A stretch of DNA of 64,000 nt from Ruminiclostridium sp. Lineage in GTDB: Bacteria > Bacillota > Clostridia > Oscillospirales > Ruminococcaceae. Numbering within the stretch: the first letter of the stretch is position 1; the number at the start of each line of letters is the position of its first letter. The stretch covers positions 4,613 to 68,612 of the forward strand of contig JAFTVY010000054.1 of NCBI GenBank assembly GCA_017465545.1, in the 5' to 3' direction. The notes beneath the pieces are model-generated. The model ran no database searches, was not told where the DNA came from, and saw nothing but the letters and a program-made list of their open reading frames with translations. This document shows, piece by piece, positions 38,101 to 46,644 of this stretch. Made by a program: the position numbers and the translations under genes.

Positions 38101-40411
38101 ATATGACAGCGATAACACGCATAACGCCCTTTCGGTTTTATCGAATATTGCAAAGGTGTTAAAGGAAAAGGGCAGACTTGTAGCCTCAAGAGAGCGTTAT
38201 TGGTCGGCGGCGTATAAAGAACAGGCGGCTTTCTATCTTGTAAGCAAGAAGGACAGAAACGAGCCCTTTACCGAAGAGGAAACAAAGCTGCTCAGATATG
38301 CCGAGAGCATTTACGAAAAGGTCATAGAGCGGATTCTTTCTACCGAGCTAAAACGAGGAGATACAAAGACGGAATATTCCGAATTTGTAAGATCAATTTC
38401 CCGTATATACGGTATGGAGAATTTTGTAGCGATACTGTCAGCTATGGGTAAGGATACCCTGGAGCGTTCTGCCTACAGCACCGAAACAAAGAGAGCCTCC
38501 CTCAGTCATCTGCTCGGCGTATGTGTACCCTATGAGGACGAAAACTGTGAAAAACTGAGAGAGCTTTTAAAGGATACCGACATTACCGAAAAGAGACTTA
38601 TCGAGGCGGCACTCTATTCTGCGGAATGGGTGGATATCGTCGGAGAATATCTTGGCTGGAAGGGCTTTGTCAGCGGTGCATATTACTTTATGGCACATAT
38701 GAACGAAAGCTTTGACGATAAGAGAAAGGCGATAATCGCAAAATATACTCCTCTTTCCGAAATAGAGCTCAATGATGGCGCCTTTGACGTAGACTGGTTC
38801 AATTCTGCTTATAGCGAGCTTGGTGCAAAGCGGTTTGATATGCTTTACAATGCGGCAAAATATATCTCAGACGGAGCAAAGCATTCAAGAGCAAGAAAAT
38901 ATGCCGATGCAGTCCTTGGCAAAATGGATGCAGAGGAAACAGCAAAGACTATATCGGACAAGAGAAACAAGGATCTTGTAATGGCGTATGCGCTTATTCC
39001 TTTAAAGGATGAGGAGGATATTATAACAAGATATCTTTTCCTACAGCAATTTTTAAAGGAAAGCAAAAAGTTTGGCGCACAAAGAATTGCCAGCGAAAAG
39101 AAGGCTGTGGAAATCGCAATGCAGAATCTGTCGATGAATGCAGGCTACGATGACGTAACAAGACTCACTTTACGTATGGAAACAAAGCTTGTAGAGGACA
39201 ACAGGAGTCTGTTTGAAGGTGAAGAAATCGACGGCGTTATCGTAAGACTTTCCGTAGACGATGACGGTAAGGCGGCTGTAGTGTGCGAAAAGGATGGAAA
39301 AACGCTTAAATCCGTCCCCGCAAAGCTCAAAAAGAATGAATTTCTGCTTAAAGCGAGCGACATGAAAAAGAAGCTTACAGAACAGTATCGCAGAACCAAA
39401 GCGATGTTTGAAGCGGCAATGGAAAACTACACCGGATTCACCTTCGGCGAGCTGGTCGGTCTGCTCTCAAATCCCGTTATAAAAGCGATAATAGGAAGAC
39501 TGGTATTTGAAAGCGACGGACGGTATGGTGTAATATCGGAAAACGGCATTTCGGATACCGAAGGAAATACCATCACACTCAGCACAGATTCGGTTATCAC
39601 GGTAGTTCACCCTATAAGACTGTTCAAGGATAAATGCTGGTCAGCGTGGCAGAAATATATATTCGATAACCGTATAGCCCAGCCCTTCAAGCAGATATTC
39701 AGAGAAATTTATCTGCCCACAGAGGAAGAAAATCAGGCTGTCCGTTCTCTGCGCTATGCAGGAAATCAGATTCAGCCGAAAAAGGCGGCGGCTTGCCTTA
39801 AAACAAGAAAATGGGTAGCAGATATAGAGGATGGTCTGCAGAAGGTATACTATAAGGAGGATATTATAGCCTGCATCTATGCTATGGCAGACTGGTTTTC
39901 TCCCTCGGATATCGAAGCGCCCACGCTGGAATGGGTAGCCTTCTATGACAGAAAAAACGGCAGGGAATTAAAGCTGTGCGACATCCCTGAAATTATCTTT
40001 TCGGAGGTAATGAGAGACGTGGATATGGCGGTGAGCGTTGCTCACGTGGGTGGTGTCGATCCCGAAGCGAGTCACTCCACTATCGAAATGCGCAGTGCAG
40101 TTATTTCCTGCACTCTGCCTCTTTTCAGGCTTACAAACGTTACTCTTAAAGGAAATCACGCACATATAAAGGGCAAGTACGGAGAATATACCATCCATCT
40201 CGGAAGTGGTGTTATCCATATGGTTGGCGGAACTATGATAGCAGTACTGCCGGTACATTCACAGCACAGAGGAAAGCTGTTCTTACCCTTTATTGATGAC
40301 GATCCCAAGACCTCGGAGATACTGACGAAGATTCTTTTCTTTGCCGAGGATAATAAGATAAAGGATCCTGCGATACTCAGCCAGATACAGCATTCGGATG
40401 TGATCAGCTGA
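35171..40411 (+). CDS. giant DUF4132/DUF5724-type helical-repeat protein
   Basis: C-terminal QPFKQIFREIY...FSEVMRDVDMAVSVAH...HLGSG signature of DUF4132; ATG 35171 after AGGAG. Confidence 0.85.
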   Translation: MKIFSKEEQARIFALGDDYNKKLIAEKGLRRKKIGKEYLSFIEISEDDSCNETYNIFCQALIEGKIKKPSEFFKKGLFRKNGSSLIGTAIRKERAEDFLYYIDHLEEYPYSVSAYRRSFRTADRINVAERVREVVRTLWRFDDTDADICDILEENLPEEQIGYRRRYRYSQPELEIIIAAEIDLGNKRLIKLLTDVISCESDVFPSAEMIKGIVKSHNNELHILLGKMLLAARLQEGLRQAICENIDCGTAMAFSTLFKVIEENDLIRYSSVKRAVGTWLGLINPDTRDLERVSAKTVRLICECLCDMEKRKEYLKAEDSMQIYVALWSCGFYEVTDMMNQIRLLIIEGSRHQALTAGYAARNIDNKGFCHFTGAMALAKYQDDTEMLAVYLPCFMNDVSSKIRTAVRVNSGAWVYCDGGYRYVANETNDYSEKTTFPLSDYFKNDEGARTYYEILKNIRSNVKNKELTFSPCIFPWFSASLEKSDIALRLCAIAGGLNDNKITDEAVAFIPEIQDGRFAALTLLLTKPETILQRKALTSALCDKESYTRSTAFEVIKKAELDDENYLQMEEMLRYKAADARGNLISLILARDDNSVYASIERLLSDKKEERRTAALDMVMLVSKDETRTELYLKCIGLVKKITSPTTKEKILIEGIIGTGKEEEIKAPLFTVADKYIPVVSDNDFYRSCVDRFMQVFPSSAVGNILYPDSYKKPSAKGECAEKTEIYEKIGKLCALIEAHGEDEFRDYCDSEIYTVGSCSTHQFYTKDENGRRTVPLMDVWQKWFDDNVTDEAMLIRLYLLISVPAISNDFTDFAKKFIDTLYGKGFSEYTQGSYSGKAGLIVSELMLKGIGTVLSETCEKLAVAIALWLCKVADEDLVYRYTVRGYANESVLYSHNQISGILTFMRVKNDERAEYILPLIVTVYNRTVKRYEELKGNTARYLYSRFNGLNSPDIYAYIIAAYRGIISEKALYCFIYDSDNTHNALSVLSNIAKVLKEKGRLVASRERYWSAAYKEQAAFYLVSKKDRNEPFTEEETKLLRYAESIYEKVIERILSTELKRGDTKTEYSEFVRSISRIYGMENFVAILSAMGKDTLERSAYSTETKRASLSHLLGVCVPYEDENCEKLRELLKDTDITEKRLIEAALYSAEWVDIVGEYLGWKGFVSGAYYFMAHMNESFDDKRKAIIAKYTPLSEIELNDGAFDVDWFNSAYSELGAKRFDMLYNAAKYISDGAKHSRARKYADAVLGKMDAEETAKTISDKRNKDLVMAYALIPLKDEEDIITRYLFLQQFLKESKKFGAQRIASEKKAVEIAMQNLSMNAGYDDVTRLTLRMETKLVEDNRSLFEGEEIDGVIVRLSVDDDGKAAVVCEKDGKTLKSVPAKLKKNEFLLKASDMKKKLTEQYRRTKAMFEAAMENYTGFTFGELVGLLSNPVIKAIIGRLVFESDGRYGVISENGISDTEGNTITLSTDSVITVVHPIRLFKDKCWSAWQKYIFDNRIAQPFKQIFREIYLPTEEENQAVRSLRYAGNQIQPKKAAACLKTRKWVADIEDGLQKVYYKEDIIACIYAMADWFSPSDIEAPTLEWVAFYDRKNGRELKLCDIPEIIFSEVMRDVDMAVSVAHVGGVDPEASHSTIEMRSAVISCTLPLFRLTNVTLKGNHAHIKGKYGEYTIHLGSGVIHMVGGTMIAVLPVHSQHRGKLFLPFIDDDPKTSEILTKILFFAEDNKIKDPAILSQIQHSDVIS

Positions 40412-40426
40412 ATAATTTAATAAAGG

Positions 40427-40462
40427 AAACGTCCCTTGGTTTTTTGCCAAGGGATGTTTTTT
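40427..40462 (+). terminator. terminator after the DUF4132 gene
   Basis: AAACGTCCCTTGG...CCAAGGGATGTTT followed by a T tract. Confidence 0.75.
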
Positions 40463-40630
40463 CGGCTTCCAACCCCCGAAAATCAATATCCTCCATAAAA
40501 TACTACAATATTGTGCAAAAACGTAACAAAAAGAACATTTTTATGATAACTTTATAACTTAAATTACATTATACTAAAATTACGGAAGGAAAAGTATCGA
40601 ATATTATTCATACAGAAAGGAAGTATTATT

Positions 40631-42505
40631 ATGAAAATAAAAAAGATAGCGGCACTTTTATCTGTTTTATGTACAGCCGGTATACTTACAACCGCCTGCA
40701 ATTCAGATAGCGCGCCCATCACCTCAACCCCCGAAACCACAGTACCCTCCACCTTAAAGGAGGAGTACAACTCAACCCTTGAAAGCATCGATACAGGTGC
40801 TACAGAAAAGCTTGAAAACGGCGAAGTAGTATGGCTTTCTACCTGGGATATAAATCCCATCAACGGCAAGGCTATGCCTACCGAGTTAGAGCTTTTCAAG
40901 AATCAGTACGGCGGTTCTATCAAGTTTATCCAGTGTACCTTTGAGGAGAGATTTGAAAAGCTGTCAACAATGGTGCTTTCGGGCGATTCACCGGATATGT
41001 TCCCGGCGGCTGACTTAGACGTATTCCCGAAATGCTCAATGAATAATCTTTTTGCTCCTTTAGATGACTATATTGATTTTTCCGAGGATTTATGGGCTGA
41101 CATCAGCCACCTCAATGACGTTTATACCCTCAACGGCAAGCATTACGTATGTAACTTCTCCGCTGATGCAGGTATTATAATGATCTATAACAAGAATACC
41201 ATCGCAAATAATAATCTTGACGATCCTGCAGAGCTTCTTTATGACGGCAAGTGGGACTGGGATTCCTTCAAGAAGATGATGATTGATTTCTGCGATCCCA
41301 AGGAAGATAAGTATGCAATCGACGGCTGGTGGTTTGAGCAGGGCTTTTCACTTACAACGGGCGTACCCTACGTGGGCTACGAAAACGGCCAGCTTGTAAG
41401 CAATCTTGATAACCCTCTTGTAAACAACGTCCAGGAATTCATGCAGATGATGAATCAGGAAGAGTTACCCTTCCCCAAGGCAGAACACGAATGGCAGGTA
41501 GTTCCCGCTAATATTGCCGCAGGTAAGACTCTTTTCTATCCTGTAGGCGTATGGCAGCTTTACGAGGCTGATCTTACAATGTTCGGCAAGCCCGGTGAAA
41601 TCATGTTCGTTCCTATGCCTAAATGTACTTATACGGATAAGCATTATTTACCTGCAGGCGTTGACGCTATGGCAATGGTAAAGGGTGGTAAGAACCCTGA
41701 GGGTACAGCGGCATTCATGAAGTGCAGAAGAATTGCGGCAACCGATCCCGCCACTCTTGAAATCCAGAAGAATCAGTTCTACGAAGATTACAAGTGGACT
41801 GAAGAAATGATGGATATGTATATAACCGTCAAGGAAATGACCAACGAAAACCCCGTATTCGACTTCTACGGTGCAGTATCCAGCAATCTTAACGGATATA
41901 TTCACAATCCTATGAAGGAAGCCTTCAACTCCGGTGCATCCTGGACACAGACAAAGGAAAGTATCAAGGGCGGCGTTGACGCAGAAATAGAAAAGGCAAA
42001 CAAGACGCTTTCAGAGCTTAACCCCTACAAGCCCGTTGAACCTCCAGCACCCGTTGTAAACAGAACACTCTCAGAAATCGGAGACGACGGCATTCTTTAC
42101 GAGGGCGAGCCTATAGAAATCGGTACGTTATGGAACGGTGACGAAGCTATCAAGGTAACCTCCAACATATTAGCAGAGCTTGACCAGTCCAAGAAGTACG
42201 CTATCGATATGGAGGTAGTAGGCGGTACGGCAGAATATCACGTTGTAATGTTCCGTGTAAATATGGCTAACTGGCCTGCTATCAAGAGCGACGGTTCTCT
42301 TACAGACGACGGCGGATGTGCAATCGATACAGGTGCCGCAAGCTTCACGGTGGTTCTTGACGCTGACGATATCAAGAAGGCATCCGAACAGGGCGGTCTT
42401 ATCATCTGGGGACACGATTATAAGGTTTCAAAGATAAGACTTTACGAATGCAGCGAAGACACAACTACAACTCCCGCCTTCGTAGCTGAAGAAAGCGCAG
42501 AATAA
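40631..42505 (+). CDS. carbohydrate ABC transporter solute-binding lipoprotein with an extra C-terminal domain
   Basis: Lipobox ILTTA-C; SBP motifs (SGDSPDM, YDGKWDWD, FVPMPK); Pro-rich linker then a roughly 130-aa beta-rich domain. Confidence 0.8.
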   Translation: MKIKKIAALLSVLCTAGILTTACNSDSAPITSTPETTVPSTLKEEYNSTLESIDTGATEKLENGEVVWLSTWDINPINGKAMPTELELFKNQYGGSIKFIQCTFEERFEKLSTMVLSGDSPDMFPAADLDVFPKCSMNNLFAPLDDYIDFSEDLWADISHLNDVYTLNGKHYVCNFSADAGIIMIYNKNTIANNNLDDPAELLYDGKWDWDSFKKMMIDFCDPKEDKYAIDGWWFEQGFSLTTGVPYVGYENGQLVSNLDNPLVNNVQEFMQMMNQEELPFPKAEHEWQVVPANIAAGKTLFYPVGVWQLYEADLTMFGKPGEIMFVPMPKCTYTDKHYLPAGVDAMAMVKGGKNPEGTAAFMKCRRIAATDPATLEIQKNQFYEDYKWTEEMMDMYITVKEMTNENPVFDFYGAVSSNLNGYIHNPMKEAFNSGASWTQTKESIKGGVDAEIEKANKTLSELNPYKPVEPPAPVVNRTLSEIGDDGILYEGEPIEIGTLWNGDEAIKVTSNILAELDQSKKYAIDMEVVGGTAEYHVVMFRVNMANWPAIKSDGSLTDDGGCAIDTGAASFTVVLDADDIKKASEQGGLIIWGHDYKVSKIRLYECSEDTTTTPAFVAEESAE

Positions 42506-42543
42506 TTTTTAAAAAAGTATCTCCTCACAAAATAAACGAGCAT

Positions 42544-42567
42544 CCCCACGTTCGCAGGAACGTGGGG
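42544..42567. terminator. bidirectional terminator
   Basis: CCCCACGTTC-gcag-GAACGTGGGG between the SBP gene and the cotJC 3' end. Confidence 0.75.
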
Positions 42568-42602
42568 ACGTTCTTATTGATCGGACCTTCGCCCGTTTTT
42601 CA

Positions 42603-42755
42603 TCAGCAGATTTTTTCCTGCAGAATATCAAGCACCTCTCCGAAGCGCTGGAAGTGTACTACCTCCCTTTCACGAAGGAACTTGATAACGTTAGCTACGT
42701 CGGGATCGTCGCACATTCTTAAAATGTTGTCATAGGTAGCACGGGCTTTCTGTTC
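42603..42755 (-). pseudogene. cotJC: 3' half of a cotJC / manganese-catalase family gene, cut by the integrative element
   Basis: Reads EQKARATYDNILRMCDDPDVANVIKFLREREVVHFQRFGEVLDILQEKIC*, matching the CotJC C-terminus. It has no own start or RBS, and similarity ends about 30 bp from the recombinase stop. Confidence 0.85.
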
Positions 42756-42782
42756 TGGTGCAATTATGCAAGCACAAACTTT

Positions 42783-44336
42783 TCAGAAATTCCAGTGGAT
42801 TTCTATGGGAACATCCCTTGTTCCGGGGATTCGTTTGCCGATAGATATGTAATCAATCAGAATTTCCACGATTTCACGGTCAAGATGCTCCAGATTGGTG
42901 TATTGCTCGATCAGTTCACGGCGATTATCTCCGACAGCTATTTTTCCATCAATGTCAGCTATCTGTTTTTCGCCCTCTGAGACGATGCTTTGCAGGCGAT
43001 CCTTCTGGACGGTAAAATCCTTTGTCAGCTCTTCAAAATCCTTGTTCGTTATCAGGCCCTTGACCTTATCCATGTAAAGCTCTCTGATGCCTTTAGCATA
43101 CTCTTCGATTTTATTGCGGTACGCAGTAAGATCCTTCTGTATGCGTTTTTTCTGTGCCTGAAGATTGTTGCAGAATTCTATGTTCTGCTGTAACTCGTCC
43201 TTGTCAAGAAATTCTTCGGAAAGTCGGTTTAATTCGGCAATCACAAGCTTTTCCAGACGGTCAACCGATATAAAAGCACCTTCACAGGCATCCTTTGCAA
43301 CGTGACGGTTTGAGCATTGCAGGTAGTGTCTGTTGCCGTTTTTTGATGATCTCATAATGTAACCGCAACCGGCACACCGTGTTTTCTTGGCGAATAAACC
43401 GATCGTTCCGATTTCAAAGGGCTTTGCACGCTCTTTAACCATATGCTGTACTCTGTCCCACAGTTCTCTGTCAATAATAGGCTCGTGTGTTCCCTCGACA
43501 ATGTACCACTGACTTTTAGGTCGTGGTTTATTCTGTTTTGTCTTGTAGGAAACACTGCCGTATTTACCCTGAACCATATTGCCGATATAGATTTCATTCG
43601 TCAGCATATCGGATATCGCAAAGTATTTCCATAGCGTGCTGTTTTTCATCTTCGGCTGCTTGTAGCGAAGACCTTTTATACGCTTGTATTCAGTTGGATT
43701 TGGTATGCCTCGGTCATTAAGTATTCGGGCGATTGCGGTTTTACCGTAACCCTTTGAAAAGAGGGTAAATACTTCCCGTACTACAGCGGCGGCTTCCTCA
43801 TCAATGATAAGATGACCTTTTCTTTCGGGGTCCTTCTTATAGCCATACAGTGCAAATGCACCGATGTGGAAACCATTTTCCCGCCTGCTTGTAAGAACGC
43901 TGCGGATGTTTTCCGACATATCCTCAAGATACCATTCGTTTACAAGTCCGTTGATCTGGCGTGATTTTTTGTTGCCCTTGTTTGCGGTATCGGCGTTATC
44001 TATGATACTTATAAAGCGGATACCCCAGATAGGGAAAAGTCCGTGTATGTACTTTTCAACCAGCTCAAGCTCACGGGTAAAACGTGATTGGGTTTTGCAG
44101 AGGATGATATCGAACTTTCGTTTTTCAGCATCGTTCAGCAGACGATTGAATTCGGGACGACGCCTGTCAGAACCCGTATAGTCATCATCGCTGTAGATGT
44201 CGAATAATTCCCAGCCTTGTTCTGTGGCATATTGCAGGAGCATTGCCTTCTGGTTTTGTATGCTGACCGAGTCATCGGTTTCAAATTGCTTGTTTCTATC
44301 TTCTTCGGATAATCTACAATAAATAGCTACTTTCAT
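42783..44336 (-). CDS. large serine recombinase (TndX/TnpX-like integrase)
   Basis: YCRLS catalytic Ser, KTQSRFTR, recombinase domain, CAGC..C..C zinc ribbon and coiled coil. Confidence 0.95.
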   Translation of the reverse strand: MKVAIYCRLSEEDRNKQFETDDSVSIQNQKAMLLQYATEQGWELFDIYSDDDYTGSDRRRPEFNRLLNDAEKRKFDIILCKTQSRFTRELELVEKYIHGLFPIWGIRFISIIDNADTANKGNKKSRQINGLVNEWYLEDMSENIRSVLTSRRENGFHIGAFALYGYKKDPERKGHLIIDEEAAAVVREVFTLFSKGYGKTAIARILNDRGIPNPTEYKRIKGLRYKQPKMKNSTLWKYFAISDMLTNEIYIGNMVQGKYGSVSYKTKQNKPRPKSQWYIVEGTHEPIIDRELWDRVQHMVKERAKPFEIGTIGLFAKKTRCAGCGYIMRSSKNGNRHYLQCSNRHVAKDACEGAFISVDRLEKLVIAELNRLSEEFLDKDELQQNIEFCNNLQAQKKRIQKDLTAYRNKIEEYAKGIRELYMDKVKGLITNKDFEELTKDFTVQKDRLQSIVSEGEKQIADIDGKIAVGDNRRELIEQYTNLEHLDREIVEILIDYISIGKRIPGTRDVPIEIHWNF

Positions 44337-44405
44337 TGTTTCACCTATAAGATAACGACAAGCTGTTCCAAGCAGTCATTATACCACATAAAAAGGTATT
44401 TGTCA

Positions 44406-44570
44406 TCATAATTCGCATAAATTTATAACTTTTCCTTTCTCTAAACGGTTGATAAGCTCTGTCCATATTTTCGTGTATTCCTTTGTGCTTGTAGTAGTTC
44501 CTCCGTTTTTGAAAATGCTTACGCAAATTGCCTGTTTGTTGCTTGCTTTGGGGTTACTCTTCTGTTCCAT
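44406..44570 (-). CDS. 54-aa protein upstream of the recombinase (not in ORF track)
   Basis: MEQKSNPKASNKQAICVSIFKNGGTTTSTKEYTKIWTELINRLEKGKVINLCEL*, with an AAAGGAG RBS. Confidence 0.65.
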   Translation of the reverse strand: MEQKSNPKASNKQAICVSIFKNGGTTTSTKEYTKIWTELINRLEKGKVINLCEL

Positions 44571-44988
44571 CTGTAAAATCTCCTTTCTTTATTTTCAGTA
44601 CATTTTATGAGTAAAAGCAAGTCTGTTATTACTGGTATAAATGACGGCTCTTCAGACGGCTATCAGCATAGCTCCACGGGAGTTTCACCCTTGCTCTCTC
44701 GGCAACCTTACCCATTGCTTGCGACGCTTTTAACGCTCGAACTGTGGCTATAAGGGAGTATCATTGTACTTTTTATCTCATCATCGCCCATAAACTGCTA
44801 CATTTATTCCACGATACGGGTTGATCGCTCGTTTGCTCTGATGCAAAGTCATGGCGACCGCTCGCACGGCTCAAAGAAAAAAGAATGTATCCGATTTGCC
44901 CTATACTGCGTGTCGTTATCTTACAACGCTTTCTTTGTCAAAATATATTACGCCTGGAGAAAGGGACTATCGCAGGTGCATATATCTG

Positions 44989-45249
44989 CTAAATCTTAAA
45001 TTTAAGAACTGCCTCAATAAGCCTTGACTGAAGCCTGATTCTTACATCCTCATCAACACCATAGTATGTGTATCCTTCTTTTTTACGAAATCGTCTCACG
45101 GATAAGTAGGTGATGTACTTTTCATAGTGGCTGAGTACTATATTCATAGCTTCAGGTTCACCGGCGTTGGCTGAAAGGATAATCGGAAGCGGTAATAAAA
45201 CCTTATCATCCCGATTGTGTTTGATGTCATTCTGATCCTTCATCTGCAT
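44989..45249 (-). CDS. small HTH protein of conjugative-transposon regulatory modules (Tn916 Orf8-like)
   Basis: ANAGEPEAMNIVLSHYEKYI...DEDVRIRLQSRLIEAVLKF pattern. Confidence 0.8.
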   Translation of the reverse strand: MQMKDQNDIKHNRDDKVLLPLPIILSANAGEPEAMNIVLSHYEKYITYLSVRRFRKKEGYTYYGVDEDVRIRLQSRLIEAVLKFKI

Positions 45250-45667
45250 GCTCCTCCAAATATTGTCGCAGAATTTTCAATATACATTTTCGACTATACT
45301 GTGCCGTACTTCTTGGTATGTGGTATCGCTTTGCAATACTTGCATCACTCATATTGCAAAAATAATACAGTTCAATAGTATTCTGCTTGTCCTCGGGCAA
45401 TGCTTCAATGGCTTTATACAGAAGCTCGGGAGTTATTTTTTTACCACCTGCAAGTATATATTTGCCACGATTTTCATTGCTCATCTGCATCTGAATGGTA
45501 TGTAATTGGTTTAGTTCCTTGAATGTCAGATCGGAAAAACATACATAGTGCTTTCTGTAGCGTTTCGCATCTCTGTGTGCATTAATTGCCTCACGCTTCA
45601 GAACCTTTTTGCAAAAGCCGTTAAAAGCACATTGAATCTGAAGTGGAGTCCTTGTAGAATCGCTCAA
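45227..45667 (-). CDS. sigma70 region-4 domain protein (Tn916 Orf7-like)
   Basis: IQCAFNGFCKKVLKREAINAHRD and LYKAIEALPEDKQNTIELYYF..SDASIA; TTG start after GGAGGTG. Confidence 0.85.
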   Translation of the reverse strand: MSDSTRTPLQIQCAFNGFCKKVLKREAINAHRDAKRYRKHYVCFSDLTFKELNQLHTIQMQMSNENRGKYILAGGKKITPELLYKAIEALPEDKQNTIELYYFCNMSDASIAKRYHIPRSTAQYSRKCILKILRQYLEEHADEGSE

Positions 45668-45838
45668 GATAATCACCTCCTTTCGCAACCGCGAAAGCGG
45701 GGTTTTTTCCCTTCCACTACCTACAACACCAAGTTTTAAAACTGCCAAAGAAAATCGGCTAATTTCACAGTAATTTCATATACATTTCAGATAGTTTTCA
45801 CAAATAAACGGTTTTTTGGGGAAATTGGTGAGAAAAAA

Positions 45839-45862
45839 GCTCCTTCGCAAAAGCGAAGGAGC
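45839..45862 (-). terminator. terminator after the ABC operon
   Basis: GCTCCTTCGC-aaaa-GCGAAGGAGC with a minus-strand T tract. Confidence 0.75.
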
Positions 45863-45969
45863 GGGAGATAATTTTTTTGAAAAGATACATTGCGCGATTG
45901 AGATTTAACGAAAATTTCAGGTATATATCTTTATTGAATTTGTTGAAATACAAATTTGTAGTGAGACTG

Positions 45970-46644
45970 TTATCTGGTTAAGTCCGTGTCTGATACTATC
46001 TTTCCATCAGACAGTTCGATTATTCGGTTGCATTTTTGGGCTATTTGTTTATCGTGAGTAACAATTACAATCGTTTTACCTTCCTTGTTAAGCTTTAAAA
46101 ACAGTTCCATAATTTCCTCTGATGTTTTGCTGTCAAGAGCACCTGTAGGCTCGTCGGCAAGAATCAGAGACGGATTGTTTATAACTGCTCTTGCGATAGC
46201 TACTCTTTGCTTCTGACCACCGGAAAGTTTATATGATGGAGTGTCCTTTTTTTCACTTAATCCGACAAGATTTAAAATATCTCTGATGGATTTTTCTTTA
46301 TTTAGATTTTTCTTACTATATATAAGCGGGATTGCTATATTCTGACTTACCGTGTATCTTTCTACTAAAGCAAAGTCCTGAAGGACAATGCCAATTTCCA
46401 TATTTCTTAATCTTGCCTTTTCTTCTTCGGGAAGTGACGATGCTTTTTTCTCATTTATGTAATACCCACCTTCCGATGCACTATCGAGCAGTCCCATAAT
46501 ATTGAGAAGAGTGGACTTACCACTACCACTTTTACCTATAATTGCAACCAGTTCTCCGTCATTTATTTCAAAGCTGACATCATTGAGAGCCCTGACTTCT
46601 TCTCCACCATAAAATATTTTGGTAAGATTTTTTATTCTGAACAA
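45970..46644 (-). CDS. ABC transporter ATP-binding protein (MacB/LolD-like)
   Basis: GKSGSGKST, LSGGQKQR and LADEPTGALD motifs. Confidence 0.95.
   Translation of the reverse strand: MFRIKNLTKIFYGGEEVRALNDVSFEINDGELVAIIGKSGSGKSTLLNIMGLLDSASEGGYYINEKKASSLPEEEKARLRNMEIGIVLQDFALVERYTVSQNIAIPLIYSKKNLNKEKSIRDILNLVGLSEKKDTPSYKLSGGQKQRVAIARAVINNPSLILADEPTGALDSKTSEEIMELFLKLNKEGKTIVIVTHDKQIAQKCNRIIELSDGKIVSDTDLTR

Noticed and set aside
42795-44526. Several short ORFs overlapping the recombinase on both strands
   Set aside because: Alternative-frame or antisense artefacts with no motifs or RBS; the same applies to most short nested ORFs in the track.
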